Shown here: positions 50,346 through 62,269 of the stretch, in pieces
Layout of the letters: each line of letters opens with the position of its first letter
Numbering within the stretch: the first letter of the stretch is position 1
From: Camelus ferus
Taxonomy: Eukaryota
NCBI RefSeq assembly: GCF_009834535.1
Contig: NC_045698.1
Coordinates: 932,001 to 996,000, forward strand
Length of the DNA stretch: 64,000 bases
Reading direction: 5' to 3'
Made by a program: the position numbers and the translations under genes
Notes under the pieces: generated by a model
Told to the model about the DNA's origin: nothing
Seen by the model: only the letters and a program-made list of their open reading frames with translations
The model's database searches: none

Positions 50346-52074
50346 AGTCTAAAAGAGTGCTCTAGGAATGAGGACATGTTATTACCATTAAAAAAGTTAC
50401 AGCTAAATTTCACCTTAGAGCAGTTTTATTCTAACCCTTTTTTTTTTCACTTATCAGCTTCTGTTAACTATTTTCTCTCTGGGTACGCGAGTTTATATTT
50501 CAGTTATCCTGTCCCGTGCAGGAAGACGTCCACTGAACGCCCACCGCATTGTCCCTAGTTTACCCCGTTGGTGGCCTTGTAAACAGTCACAAACGCGTCT
50601 CCGGGGAGAACAGCCCTGATTTGGAGCGCTTGCCGACTGCCTGTGGTGTCAGCGCGCCCGCCCAGCTGATTCCAAGCTCCCCGCGGGCTGCGGCCGAGCG
50701 AGCGGCCCCCGCCCCCGGGAGCCGGCGAGCCTCTGCGTCCCCCGGGCTGGAGCCGCGCAGCCCGGCAGCCCCGGAGGGCCAAACGGCCTTTTCCTTTTTA
50801 TGGTCACATATTGGGCTCTGTTTTCCAAGAGCTGGCTGATCCTAGAAAGTGTGGCTGCAGCGGTGCGAGTCAGCATCACTCTGGGCTGGAGGGCGGCCCG
50901 GGAGCTGAGTGAGGAGTCGGCTCTCGTGTGCCAATGAGTGTGCGGCTTCTTCTCAGTTCATCCGCCATCAGTGAGACGTGTCTTTAGAAACGTGATTGAC
51001 AGATTGTCAGGAGTCATCCTCTCCAGGACTAAAACCTCTCTCTACTTGACCTTGAGAACGTGAGAAGAAACCCCCAGCCCAGAACTGCCTTCCTCTGAGG
51101 GCGCGAAGGTCAGACGGGTGCCAGAAGCATGGCCCCCAGCCCAGGGCCTGTGCACACTCCACGTGCCGGCAGAGCCAGTCTGCTTGCCCACGGGGGGCTG
51201 GGGTGACTGGTCACAGGAGCCACTCAGGGCGTCTAGGAAGGACCGTGAGCTCACCCTCCTACTGCTGCCGTCCAGCAGGGAAGTGACGGTCACTGTGGGG
51301 TCCGGGGAGCAGCACCAGGTGATAGGTCGAGGGGCTTGGGCGGGCGGCCCCGAGCGTGTGGCTGCTCGCGGGCTCCTCCCTCCCACCCTCTGGGGTCGTG
51401 TCGCCTGAGAAGGTGGCTTGTGTGAGGCACTGTGAGGAGTGGGTGACACTGGTCGTCTGGTGGGGGGGGCTGCACCTTGATGAAGAGTTGGAGGATTGTT
51501 TTTCAGAGAAATGGTTGTGTATGCAACTTATAAATGGGTACAGCTTGTAAGTGACCACACAAAGTCTGTTTGCTTCCATTTCTTTAGTGTTTAGGCTGGC
51601 AATGAGAAACTTAGACATGAATTCCTCAAGTTCCAAACATTGAAAACTATCAAGATAAGAGAATGGTATTTCATTTTCTGAGATGTGTCTTATGTCCCTA
51701 CAGACCCTGCGACGTACTGTGACGTGAGGTCAAGGGTCAGTGGCCTCCCAGCCCCAACTCTCACAGCTGGGGAAGCAGACAGGAGCCCCGAGTGTTCCAG
51801 GTGTGGTCACACGCTCCTCAGGGACACCGCCGACTCTCCCTGCTTTTGCTGACACGTGGCCCCTCCGTGTTCGCTCCTGTCTGTGCGGGGCCTCACGTCT
51901 GAGGTCCCTGCTCTCAGGCTCAGGTGTTCCCACCCACTCGTCCTCATTTCTCCCCCACAGCCTCACTCGCTGCCTCTCTGACTTTGAGACGGTTGTTTCA
52001 CGTCTCCCAGTCCAGTCTTCCGCGCTGCATCCCACACGGTACTGATGGTCAGAACGGCCGGAGCTCGTTCATCG

Positions 52075-52230
52075 TGGCCACTTCTCACTGTACGAATCTA
52101 GCAAGACGTTACCTTGTTCAAATCTCAGTTTCTTTATCCAGGAAAGAGATAATAAATTAACTCACAGGTAATTTTTGTGGAAATTAAAATAAAAAATAGA
52201 TGTATGAATTAAAAAGTGCAACATAAGTGT
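52075..52230 (+). mobile_element. MIR core fragment
   Basis: gcaagacgttacctt...tctcagtttctttatcc...gataataa...actcacaggt...gtggaaattaaa matches the MIR core pattern. Confidence 0.55.
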
Positions 52231-52254
52231 TAATTGCTACTGATATTCATTTTA

Positions 52255-52380
52255 TTTTTATTATTTTGGGGGGGTAATTAGGTTTATTTATTTATTTATT
52301 TGAAGGAGGTACAGGGGATTGAACCCAGGACCTTAATGCATGCTAAGCACACACTCTACCACTGAACCGTAGCCTCCCCC
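52255..52380 (-). mobile_element. tRNA-derived SINE (vic-1-like), well preserved
   Basis: ggggattgaacccaggaccttaatgcatgctaagcacacactctaccactga; tail gggggggtaattaggtttatttattt; 14-bp TSD tgatattcatttta (52241) / tggtattcatttta (52381). Confidence 0.9.
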
Positions 52381-52559
52381 TGGTATTCATTTTAGGCCAT
52401 AAAAGTAGAGGTGTGAGTCTCCCCCTTTTTCTGAAATTCTTCTGAAGAAGAGAAAAAAGTCCTTTCTCAACCCTGCTCTCAGCACCTGTGGCTGTTTCGG
52501 AAACACACCTCAGGACACAGCCAAGCCTTATAGAAAAAGGCCCCTGAGGGTTCAGAGGT

Positions 52560-53065
52560 TGGAATCATTGAACATGGATTATAAAATAACAGATTAAAAA
52601 CAAGCTTGGAAATACTCGCAAGGATCAGGAAATGATAAAGCTAATTTGTAGAAGATTGAAGTAGAACTTCCAGAAATACAATATTAAAAACTGAAAAAAA
52701 CCCTCAATAGATGAGTTTAAGAGAAGTTAACATAGCAAAAAAAAAAAAAAAAAAAAAGAACTAGTGAATTGTAAAACAGCCCCCAATTCCCTAAACAGAA
52801 AGCTTCAGGAAGGAAGCTGCAGAAGAACAGATTGGTCCCCAGGATGATTTGGGGAGCGACAGACGTGTGTAACCCAGCGAGCCCTAAGAGAGGGTGTGTG
52901 GAGAGGTAACGGTGGGGATTTCCCAGGGCTGCCTAGAGACCCCGATCTAGAAACTTAAGAACCCCAGTTAATCTCCAGCAACACTCAGGCAAGAGGAAAT
53001 CCATTCTCACATACATTATAATAAAACTGAAAAACAACAGACTCAGAGAATCTTAAAAAAAAAGA
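52560..53065 (+). mobile_element. Old L1 ORF1 remnant
   Basis: A-rich gaacttccagaaatac...ctcaatagatgagtttaa...gaactagtgaattg...acattataataaaactgaaaaaca...gagaatcttaaaa. Confidence 0.6.
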
Positions 53066-53499
53066 CAGCAAAAATAAAGACTCAGCGTGTTCAGTTTTCT
53101 TTGAGTCCTCAGACATATTCATGAGAGCTTTTAGAAAGTGCTTGCCTGCTAATTCCTTCATTCTTGCTGTTTCTGGGCAACGGACTATCCCTGAGGACCG
53201 TCGGGGGCTGGCGCACGATCAGGGTCTGACCAGGCAGAGCAGGAAGACCTCGTCGAATGCTTGGGACGCTCAGTAAAGAGCCCAGGACAGGCCCACCTCA
53301 GTAGTGGGGCTAGCCCACATCCAGGGTGAAGGCTCACCTGCGTCCAAGTCAGCCTGGGGTCAGCCTTCAGCGGACCAGCCTGACCCCTGGGAAATTAACT
53401 TCCTCTGGAAGAGGAATCCTCAACACTCACCGAGGGAAGGCAGCAAGGCCAGCCGCTCAGAGGCGTGACTGCAAAGCCCAGGGCGCAACGGAAACGGGA

Positions 53500-55935
53500 A
53501 GAAATTGACTCGTTCCTGGGAGACAAACTCCAGAAATGACCGAGACGATAAAAACAGCCAAAAGGAATGTTGAAACAGCTTTTAAATATTTACAAGCAGT
53601 TAAAGAAAGTGAATGAATAATACGAACGGGGAATGATGAACAGTGAGTGAATACACAGTGAACAGGGAAGTAGGAAGCACAGAAGAATAACCACAGAATA
53701 TTCTAGAGCTGGAAACACAGTATCTTAAATGAAAAGAAGTCACTGGATGGGCTGGAGAGCAGCCTAGAAACTGCAGAGGAAAAGTGCACTTGAAGACCTG
53801 CCAGGAGAAATTGTCCCAGATGAAGCAACAACGGCAACAAAAAGGCTAGGGAAAGAGGAGCGGCTCTTCCTTGACTTGCGGCTTTAATACCACGAGGCCC
53901 AACGAGTGTGAGGCTGAAATATCAGGGAAAGAGGGAGGGAGGCAAGTGTTTGAATAAATAATGATGCAAAACTTCTCCAAACCTGGTGAAAACTCTGAAC
54001 CTACAGAACTCAAAGGAACTCAGAGGAAAAAGGAAATCACACCATGGCACATTTTAATCAAATTACTGACAACCAGTTATAGAGAAAACATCTTAAAGGT
54101 AGCCCAGGATGGGGGGATGTTTCACAGAAAATGACAAAGACGCAAGTGGTGGCTGGCTTCTCACCGGAAGCACTGCAGGGCGGAGACAACGGAGCACCAG
54201 CTCGGAGGTGCTGGTTTAAACCCCGTGCTGGAGTTCCGTGTCCATTTAAAACTACCTCATAGAAATGAGGCAAAATGCCGACCCCAGCCGAGATTGGCTT
54301 TTATTACTAGCAGAACTGGTAATAAAAAGTCATGTCAGCATCTCCTTATGACAAAGAAAAGTGCCATCACATTGAAACCGACATCTGGAGGAATGAAGAC
54401 ATTGAGGAACAGTAAATACGTGGGTAATACTTTTTTATTTTTCAATTGATTAAAACAATTATTGACAATTTAAAGCAAAAATATTGAAAATACATTATGT
54501 AATGTGTAGCGTCTGTGGAAGTAATTTGTATACCAACATTAACATGAGAGACAGAAAGGGAGGCATGAAAGCTTATTGTCGTAACATACTTATACGTACG
54601 GCGGTGTGATGTTTTATCAAGGTAAACCACGACAAAGGTGTATTGAAGCCACAGAGGAAAAACTATAGCAATAAAATAAAGAGTAACCAGTAAGTCAATG
54701 GAGGACGTAAAATGAAACACTGAAAAGTAAGGTTACAGAAAAAAGAAGCAACACACAACAGATGGGAAAATACGAAACTCACTGCAAGAAGTTGGATTTA
54801 AACCCAACTGTATGAATAATTAATTAAATTAACTAAATTAACCAAACTAAACAAAATGCAGGTATTACTAGAATGGATGAAATAATACTGCCCTTAAGGA
54901 ACAATTTTTGAACATAAAATTAAAAAGACAGAAAATATATTATTTAAAGACACTTATAAGAAAGCTGGAGTAGCAATATCGAGGCAATGAGGGACCTTTA
55001 CATAAAAAGATAGGAGGATCACAAATCTGTACAAACCTGGTACGTGAGTCTCAGAATACATGAAACATGGACGTACAGACGTACGCAAAAGGAGTACGGC
55101 CAAACACACAGCTGCCGGTGAAGGTCCAGCGTTATTCTCCCCGTGGCTGGCAGGGCAGCTGGGCTGGAAGCCGGTGAACACGCGGAAGGCTGGGACAAGT
55201 CAGCAGCTAGCCGGTCTGGCGGCTTCAGACGTCACACCTACGAGCAGCAGAATTCACTCCTTCCGAGTCCATGGGAACAGTCGCCAAGGCAGATGGCGTG
55301 CTTGACTGTGAAGCAGGTTTCGACACATTTAGATGGACTGAAATTATACAATATATGCTCTCTGACCCCAAAAAAGTTGAACTGGAAATCAACAAGTAGA
55401 CGTTGGGAAATCCCCAAATATTTAAACAGTAAGTAACACATTTTAAACCATTGTTTCAATGAAGTCACAAGGGAAATCAGAAAATGCTGTGAACTGAGTG
55501 ACAATGAGAAGACAGCGTGTCAAGGTCCACGGCGGCAGCGAAGCAGTGCCTGGACGGAAACTTGTAACATCCCACCTTCTGTGAGAAAACAGACAGGTTT
55601 GAAATCAGTGATCTCAGTTTCCACCTGAAGAATCAAGCAAAGGAAACTGAAAAGTATGTAGAAGAGAGGAAATAATAATACAGAAAACAGAGGACGTCAG
55701 TGTCGAGAAGAGCTGGTTCTTTGAGAAGGTCAGTAAATTGACGGCGCTCTAGACAAACTGATCAAAGGGAGGAAGACGGGTCAGGAGCAAGGAGGGGCCA
55801 TCGCGGCAGAGCCCACATAAATTAAACTGATAACAAGGAGTCACTGTGAAGAATTACGGCAGCGAACTCAACAACTTAGACGAAATGGAAAATTCGTCGC
55901 GAGGCACGGACACGAGGAGAGACAGGAAACCCGAA
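53500..55935 (+). mobile_element. Old L1 (L1M) ORF1 plus ORF2 endonuclease region, decayed
   Basis: 55268-55393 reads SMGTVAKADGVLDCEAGFDTFRWTEIIQYMLSDPKKVELEIN (L1 endonuclease C-terminus, compare HGTFSKIDH...IEII..SDHN.IKLEIN); SWFFEK at about 55712; NLDEMEN at about 55872. Confidence 0.85.
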
Positions 55936-56595
55936 CACGCACGCGGGAAGGAGCACGCAGGGTGCGTTCTGCAGTTTTGTTGTTGTCTGCAGCTTCGAGT
56001 CCTCTGCTCTTCCTTGCTGCAAAAATAATAATCTCGGCCATGATTTTTCCCACATATGATGTTAAGGTTTGTTTCAGATTTTCCCGTTTGTCTGAACCTT
56101 GACTTATAGTCACGCCGAGTTTTGTCAGAGTGCTGGTGTTGCCCAGTGAACACTGACTCTAACAGCGTCAGACTGAACAAAAATGCCGTTCTCTCCTCCT
56201 GGTATCAGATGTCAGGGAAATTAAAAATTAACTTTCCGTGTGTCCAGGAACATGGGGCAGAACCAGTGGACATGGCTGGCAGCCAGACTCGTGCCCTGCG
56301 GGCGTCTGGGTCTGCGTGAACAGCCAGGGGATGTGACGGTAGCGCCCAAGACTCCTCTAATCCATTCACCACAATCTCTTAAAGCCTGACAAAGACCCAG
56401 GCACAGAGCAGGACAGTCAGAGGAGCAGCCTCCTGTTGACAAGCTGCAGGTGGGACGGTAGCGCTCGCCTCCGCAGGTAAGCCCCACGGCGCCGAGCACC
56501 AGGTGTCAGTCGGGGGACGCGCTTGCCAGGGCCCCAGGCAACACTGCTTTCACGCTGAGCCTCACGGAATCGCAGGTGAGCGCCTGGGGACTTAC

Positions 56596-56677
56596 CCGTT
56601 CTGTCTGATGTTTTACCCCGTTTGCTTTTTTTCTTAAAGCCATTTGCAAAGGTGTTTTCAGTTGATTTTATGAATCT
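56596..56677 (-). other. Candidate internal exon (82 nt) of an unrecognised spliced transcript
   Basis: Acceptor cttacgtcttcctgccgctcttcag and donor CGG|GTAAGT; only one frame open (RFIKSTENTFANGFKKKSKRGKTSDRT). No protein homology recognised. Confidence 0.35.
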
Positions 56678-58477
56678 CTGAAGAGCGGCAGGAAGACGTA
56701 AGCCGCGGCTCCCTCGAGGACAGAGCTGTAGCACACGGAGTTTCGGGGAGGTACCTGGGTGTCCCCGGGAAGGTTGGACCGCCGGACTTCATCAGCAGAG
56801 CCTCTTTTGAACTCTGGATGCTTCCAGGCCTCTGTGACAAGCTCTGTCAAAGTGGAGGCTTTGCTGTGACATTTCATGTCCTAAGCGGTCGGCCTTCCTT
56901 AAGCATCTCACACAAACGACTGAGAAGAAGAGAACGTCAAACAGGAGGCAGCGCGGGCTGCAGGAACCGGGAAGTGGCAGCAACCGTGCAGCCCTTCCAG
57001 CTCCGCGTGCCTGCATGTGCGCGCGTGTGTGCCTGCGCGCACGCGCGCCTGTGGTGTGTCATGAGCAGGTCCAGCATGTTGCTCGACGTCAGAACTCCAT
57101 CGGTGGAGTATTTTCTCCATCAGAAGAGTGGTTGTTGAGACACACGCGACGCCACCCGGTGTCCGGTAGGTAGTCTCCGTGGTGTCCCTCCTGTGCACCC
57201 TTGAGCTCCCCGGCTCCCAGAGGCACCTGCGTTTGCCTGTGACCGGCACAGCCCCACCTGCTGAGGAGGGAGCTGGCGGTGGCGTGGACTGGAGGGTCGG
57301 GGACGGCGCCGTCAGGGGCCGGGGGGCTGGCTGGCTGGGGCAGCGCAGGGGGTGGCGAGCGGGCGCCCCGGAGCGGGCAGCTGCTCCTTGCTCTTGGGGA
57401 CCAGTGGGATGTGTGGGTGAGGGCGGGGGCTCAGCCTCCCCGAGGGAGCTGGGTCTGGCGGAAGAGAGAACTATCAGAGAGAATGAGGGCCACGGCGTGC
57501 GGCCCCTGGGCACCAGACCACTGAGGGTGCGGGAGTCAGTCCCGTGGCCCTCGGGCTGGTGGGGAGGGGCTGCCCTGTGGCGATGACACCGCCCCTGACA
57601 CTAGGTCTGGTCTGAAGATGCTGGGAAGCGGGCCCAGAGCCACTCTGCCCGACAGGGTCGGGGAGCTGCAGTCTCGTGGGGCCCCAGGTGGGGCTCGGGT
57701 CGGGCACCTGTGCGGGTCCTTGGGCGCCAGGGAGGGTGGGTCCACCAAGGCCCTGCCTCCAGGTCTCGGCCTGGCCCCAGGCCCCATGTTGAGGGTGGAA
57801 ACTGTCGCCCCGCTGGTCCCTCTTCCCTCTTGGACCAAAGCACTCTGCCGGTCAATACGTGGCGAGGGGGAGGCTGGCGGGGTCTGAGAACAGCGCCAGC
57901 GGAAACGGCCTGCGCTTGCAGCCGCCCTCCCGGGGCCGCTCCGGTGACGGCATCCTCTTTGACAGCCTGGAGGTGAAGCGTGTCTTATAAATAATCCACC
58001 AGCCGTCTCTTCTGCTCCGTCAGCCTGGCTGCTCTCAGAGGGGTGAAGTTCCTCATCGGAGCGGAGTTCAGTCAGACGCGAGCAGCCCAGCGGGCCCTGC
58101 CAGGGAAGCTTTCAGGGCCGGGGGACCGGGGCACCTGCATTTCTTCAGGGGTCTCCCGATGATGGTCGTGGGGCTGCGGGTCGAGTCTTTGTCACAACAT
58201 CCTGGTGAGTGACGGCGAGTTTCGGCGCCAGCCTGCAGGCTGTGACACGGCACCTTGCTCATCTCACCCGGGGGCCTGGGGTGGCCCTCAGACGCAGCTG
58301 ACATGCCCAGGGCCCCCTTGCCCCTGTTATCACGTGCCCACCCCCCACCGCTTTGAGATCATCTCATAGAAAGTCTGGAAGTTCGGGAAGTTTCACTAGC
58401 CAGACCGAGCAAAGCGCAGCTCTGGAAGGGCCCGGGGTCTTAACCACAAACCTCATGGGAAACCGTCGGTGGCTCAC

Positions 58478-58616
58478 CTGCCGTAATCACATCAGCGTCC
58501 CCACCGCCTGGTGTCTCAGTGGCTCCCGCCCCGGAGGGAAGGTCTTCAGCCCCGAGCTGCCCCCGCAGGGGCTGTGAGCTCCAGCCTGTCCTGTCCTCGA
58601 TGCCCGGGAAGCTTCT
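58478..58616 (-). other. Candidate internal exon (139 nt)
   Basis: Donor CAG|GTGAGC, weaker acceptor ctttgttctaag; open frame RSFPGIEDRT...DADVITA, phase 0 to 1. Confidence 0.25.
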
Positions 58617-60219
58617 CTTAGAACAAAGCTGACAGGCAGTTTTGCTTGGGGGGGTGAGCCTGCATCTTGACCTGGGGGCCCGTCCAGGTTGGGGTGTGGG
58701 TCTGCTCCCCCGAACACTGACCTTGCCAACCTCACAGAGCCTAAAGGGTGCCGAGTGGTGACGCAGGCTGTGGCTCCCAGAGGTTGACCCCTCCAGTGAC
58801 CTTCGGGGCCCTGGAGCAAGGCTGGTCCTCAGCTCTCGTCTCCCGCTGGAGCCCCCCTCCCCACACCTGCAGCCCCTCGGGCCCAGCCACACACTGCACA
58901 GGAGCCGCTGCTCCCCCCGTGGTGAAGTGTTGCCGGCCCTTCTGACAGCTCCGGGGGCCTGCTTTCTTTCCTTCTTCCGTGTTGCCCTCTTCCTATTGAC
59001 TTTTTACCAAAACGAGGAGGGGCAGTCACTCAAGGCACATCGGACGCCAATGTGAGAATGAAGCGGGGGGGCTGGTCTCACTGGGTCGGATCTCCCCAAA
59101 GATGCTCGACACTTGCCAGCGTCCTTCCCAAGGCTCCACGGGGCTGCAGACGCCCCGGGAGCTGCTCATCGTGACACAGGGCCCCCTGCGCAGCCCTCCC
59201 TCACTCTGGCCCTGACGCACGCGTGCCTGTGAGCGTGGGTGGGTGTGCAGGCAGGAGGGGAGAGGTGGGTGGAGCGTGAGGCTGACCAGACTCAAGCTTT
59301 GGGACCCCTGCCCGGGACCCCTGCACGGCCCCTGCCAACGCCATCCCTAACGTTCGACACTTGATTTTCAGTGCTTTATCTGAGGGGGGCCCCCAAATGT
59401 TTGCCCTTGAGACCCTGAGAAACTTGGGCCCTCCCTGGGTCCAAGCCAAGGGGCCCTGTGGCAGGCAGGTTGAGGTCACAGCACTGGTCCTGGCGCACCG
59501 GCAGCGCGGCCTGGGGCACCTGTCAAAGGTGTGCCTCACGGGATGCACGTGGTGCTCGCCAGGTCCTCCCACGGCCCTGAAGACCGGCTCCCTCTGCCTG
59601 CTGTGGGGCGGGGCATCCTCTGCTCTGCCTCAAGGTGTGGGTACCCACCGTGGCCCTGATCCTTCTCCCCCGTCCTCCACGGCCCCCTGCCCATGGCCTC
59701 ATGTATGACTCGTAAGTGCCTGTCTCCACCTCACGTCCTTAGAATGAGTCCTTGGACGTGTATCTAACTGATTATTTAACTCCTCAAATACACATGAAAA
59801 TGAGCACCTCCCAGGCCACCGAGAAGCGCTCATCAGTCAAGACAGACCCTCAGTTTCTCTCTGGAACCTTTGGGTGCCCAGGAAAGAGATCGCTCACTTT
59901 TGTCCATTCAGTATTCAACTCCTAGGACGATAGACTGTCAACCCTCTGAGACCCCTGGAGAAAAGATCAAGGGCCGGGACCCCCTGGAGGCAAAGGGGCA
60001 GGCGCGGATCACCAAGCGCGGGAGGGAGACAGGCGACGTCACTGCAGAGCCTACACACTAATGGGACGACGAGGGAGGTCATGAACACCTCTGCTTCCAC
60101 ACTCTCCCGGTTTTCCACGGGACTGTCGACCCATCGTGACGCCAGCACCACGCTGAATTAGCCACTGGAGCTGTGTGGTGAGCCTCCCGGGCAGGCGGGT
60201 CAGGACCCCAGCTTCGTTC

Positions 60220-61060
60220 ACCTGTTTTTATTGTTGTTGTTCATCTTCTTTGAGATGGTCTTGGTTTCCTAGGCTCTCCGCATTTCCACACAAATTATCG
60301 AATCAATTTGTCAGTGTCTACCAAAGAACTTGCAGGGATTTTGATTGAAATTCCATTAAATCTATAGAGAACTTTAGGGCAAATTGACATCTTAACATTA
60401 AAAAAAGTTTCCCATCCACTGAACTTGTTATATTGTTCCATTTATTTAGGTTTTTTTTAACGTCCCTCAGCAATGTTTTGTTATTTTACATGTATAGGTT
60501 TTGCACATATGCCGTATATTTCGATGTTATTGGTATTTAAAAAATTCTATTTACCAATTGCTTTGTTGGTAGCATATGGAAATACTGCTAAGAGATTTTT
60601 ATATACTGGCCTTGTGTCGAGTGCCTTTGCAAATGTATTTAATCCTAATATTTTGTAGACTATTTTAGCTTTGTGCGTACATGAACATGTGTGAACAGTG
60701 GCAATTTCGCTCCTTCCGGCTTCACGTTTATATATGCATTTATTTACGTTTGAGCTTGTCTTACTGTCCTGGATGGGACTCACAGAGCAATTGTTAATGG
60801 ACGTGGTAAGAGTGGACGTCCTTGTCTGTTCCTGACCTAAGGGGGCAAGTGTTCGATATTTCACCATTAAGCTTGACGTTCGCTGCCCGTGGGGCGTGTG
60901 TGTGTGTGTGTGTGAGGTTCTCTTTAGTCAATGAAGGCCCTCTATTCCTAGTTTGCTGAGGGTGTGAGACATGAACTGGTATTGAGTTTTATCTGCTGCG
61001 TCTATTGACAGGATCGTATGATATCTTCCCTTTATTTTGTTAATGTAATCTTTGCTTATA
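60220..61060 (-). mobile_element. Old L1 ORF2 fragment (antisense)
   Basis: gggattttgattgaaattccattaaatctataga...aattgacatcttaaca; gagtggacgtccttgtctgttcctgacctaaggggg (antisense GxRQGCP); tattcctagtttgctgag. Confidence 0.85.
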
Positions 61061-61294
61061 TTCCTAACGTTTCATTATAAAAATTTTCAAACGTAAAACA
61101 CGGCAGGACGTACAGGGACGCCCACTGCCCGGGTGCTTCTTCCCCATCTGCTGTGCCGCATGTGTCTTTCTCTCTCCATCCGGTCTGTTTGTTGTAAATT
61201 CTGACGTCTTTCTAACTTGCTGTCAGTAGACCTGATTCTTAAACATCGCCGCGTGCGCCTCCCTGAGGAGAACTGAACACGTCTGTGTGCTAGT

Positions 61295-61945
61295 TTTGTC
61301 TTGCGTTCTAACGCACACATCTTGAGTGCACCGCGTGGTAAGTTTTGCCAAATGTGTGTATCTGTGCGACACAACCCTCTGTCAAGACGCAGAGCACTGT
61401 CACTGCCACGGAAACTGTCTCGCAGCCCCTTCCAGCCAGTCCCCGCCCCGCTCGCCGCCCCCGGGTGACAGCGTTCAGATTTGGCTTCCCCAGGGAACAG
61501 CTTAGCTTGCTCTGAGGTTGTACTTGACGGCCCCGCGCGGCACGCACTTCTGGGGTCTGGCTGCTCTCACTTGAGGCGATGTTTCTGAGATTTAGTTGTG
61601 TAGTTGTGTGCGTTGGTGACTCATTCCTTTGTGTTGCTGAGTTGAACTCCTTGTTCAGATATATTAACTTTTTTATCCATTCTCCCGTTGATGGACCCCA
61701 AGGTTGTTCCCAGCTTCTCACGGCGATAAGCCGCCGTGAGCACTCCTGCGCACGCCGTCCCGTGGCTGCACTCTCGCTGTTCTTTGGTGGGTTCTTGGGA
61801 GTGGATTCCTGGGCCGTAGGGTCGTTGGATGTTTATTTTTATAAGACATTTCCAGGACGGTTGTATCACTTCACATTCCTGCCAGCCCCCTTTGCCCCCT
61901 GGTCCCCGTGAACACTGGGTATTACCAATAATTTTAGTGTCAGCC
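61295..61945 (-). mobile_element. L1M 3' end fragment (antisense)
   Basis: ttttatccattctcccgttgatggacc...ggttgttcccag...ggttgtatcacttcacattcctgccagc; the 61621..61947 ORF resembles the decayed L1 ORF2 C-terminus (IQPSWK...PYGPGI). Confidence 0.8.
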
Positions 61946-62205
61946 ACTCTGACGGGGGCTAGCGTGTCTCTGATGAGAAATGATGCTGAGAATTATTGAT
62001 GTGCTGGTTACCCATTTATATGTTCTTCACATACACAAATATATGTACCATCGTTTGCCTACTTTTTTTTTTTTTTACTGTGGTCTTCGTTTACATTATT
62101 AAGTTGCCAAAGAAGTTCACTATATACTCTAAATATAAACTCCAAATATATATTTTGGGAATGTTGCCTCCCAAAATATGGTCTGACTATTCAGTTGAAA
62201 ATTTA

Positions 62206-62259
62206 CTGTACACCAGAAGTTGACACAACGTTGTGAGCTGATTGCACTTCAATAAAAAA
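62206..62259 (+). mobile_element. About 54-bp 5'-truncated L1 tail nested in an older antisense L1
   Basis: ctgtacaccagaagttgacacaacgttgtgagctgattgcacttcaataaaaaa; probable TSD gaaaattta (62197) / gaaagttta (62260). Confidence 0.75.
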
Positions 62260-62269
62260 GAAAGTTTAA

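Noticed and set aside
52255..52380. tRNA-like A/B box sequences (also at 13040, 24050 and 50260)
   Set aside because: They have AT-rich tails (two with TSDs) and no intact cloverleaf, so they are SINEs rather than tRNA genes.
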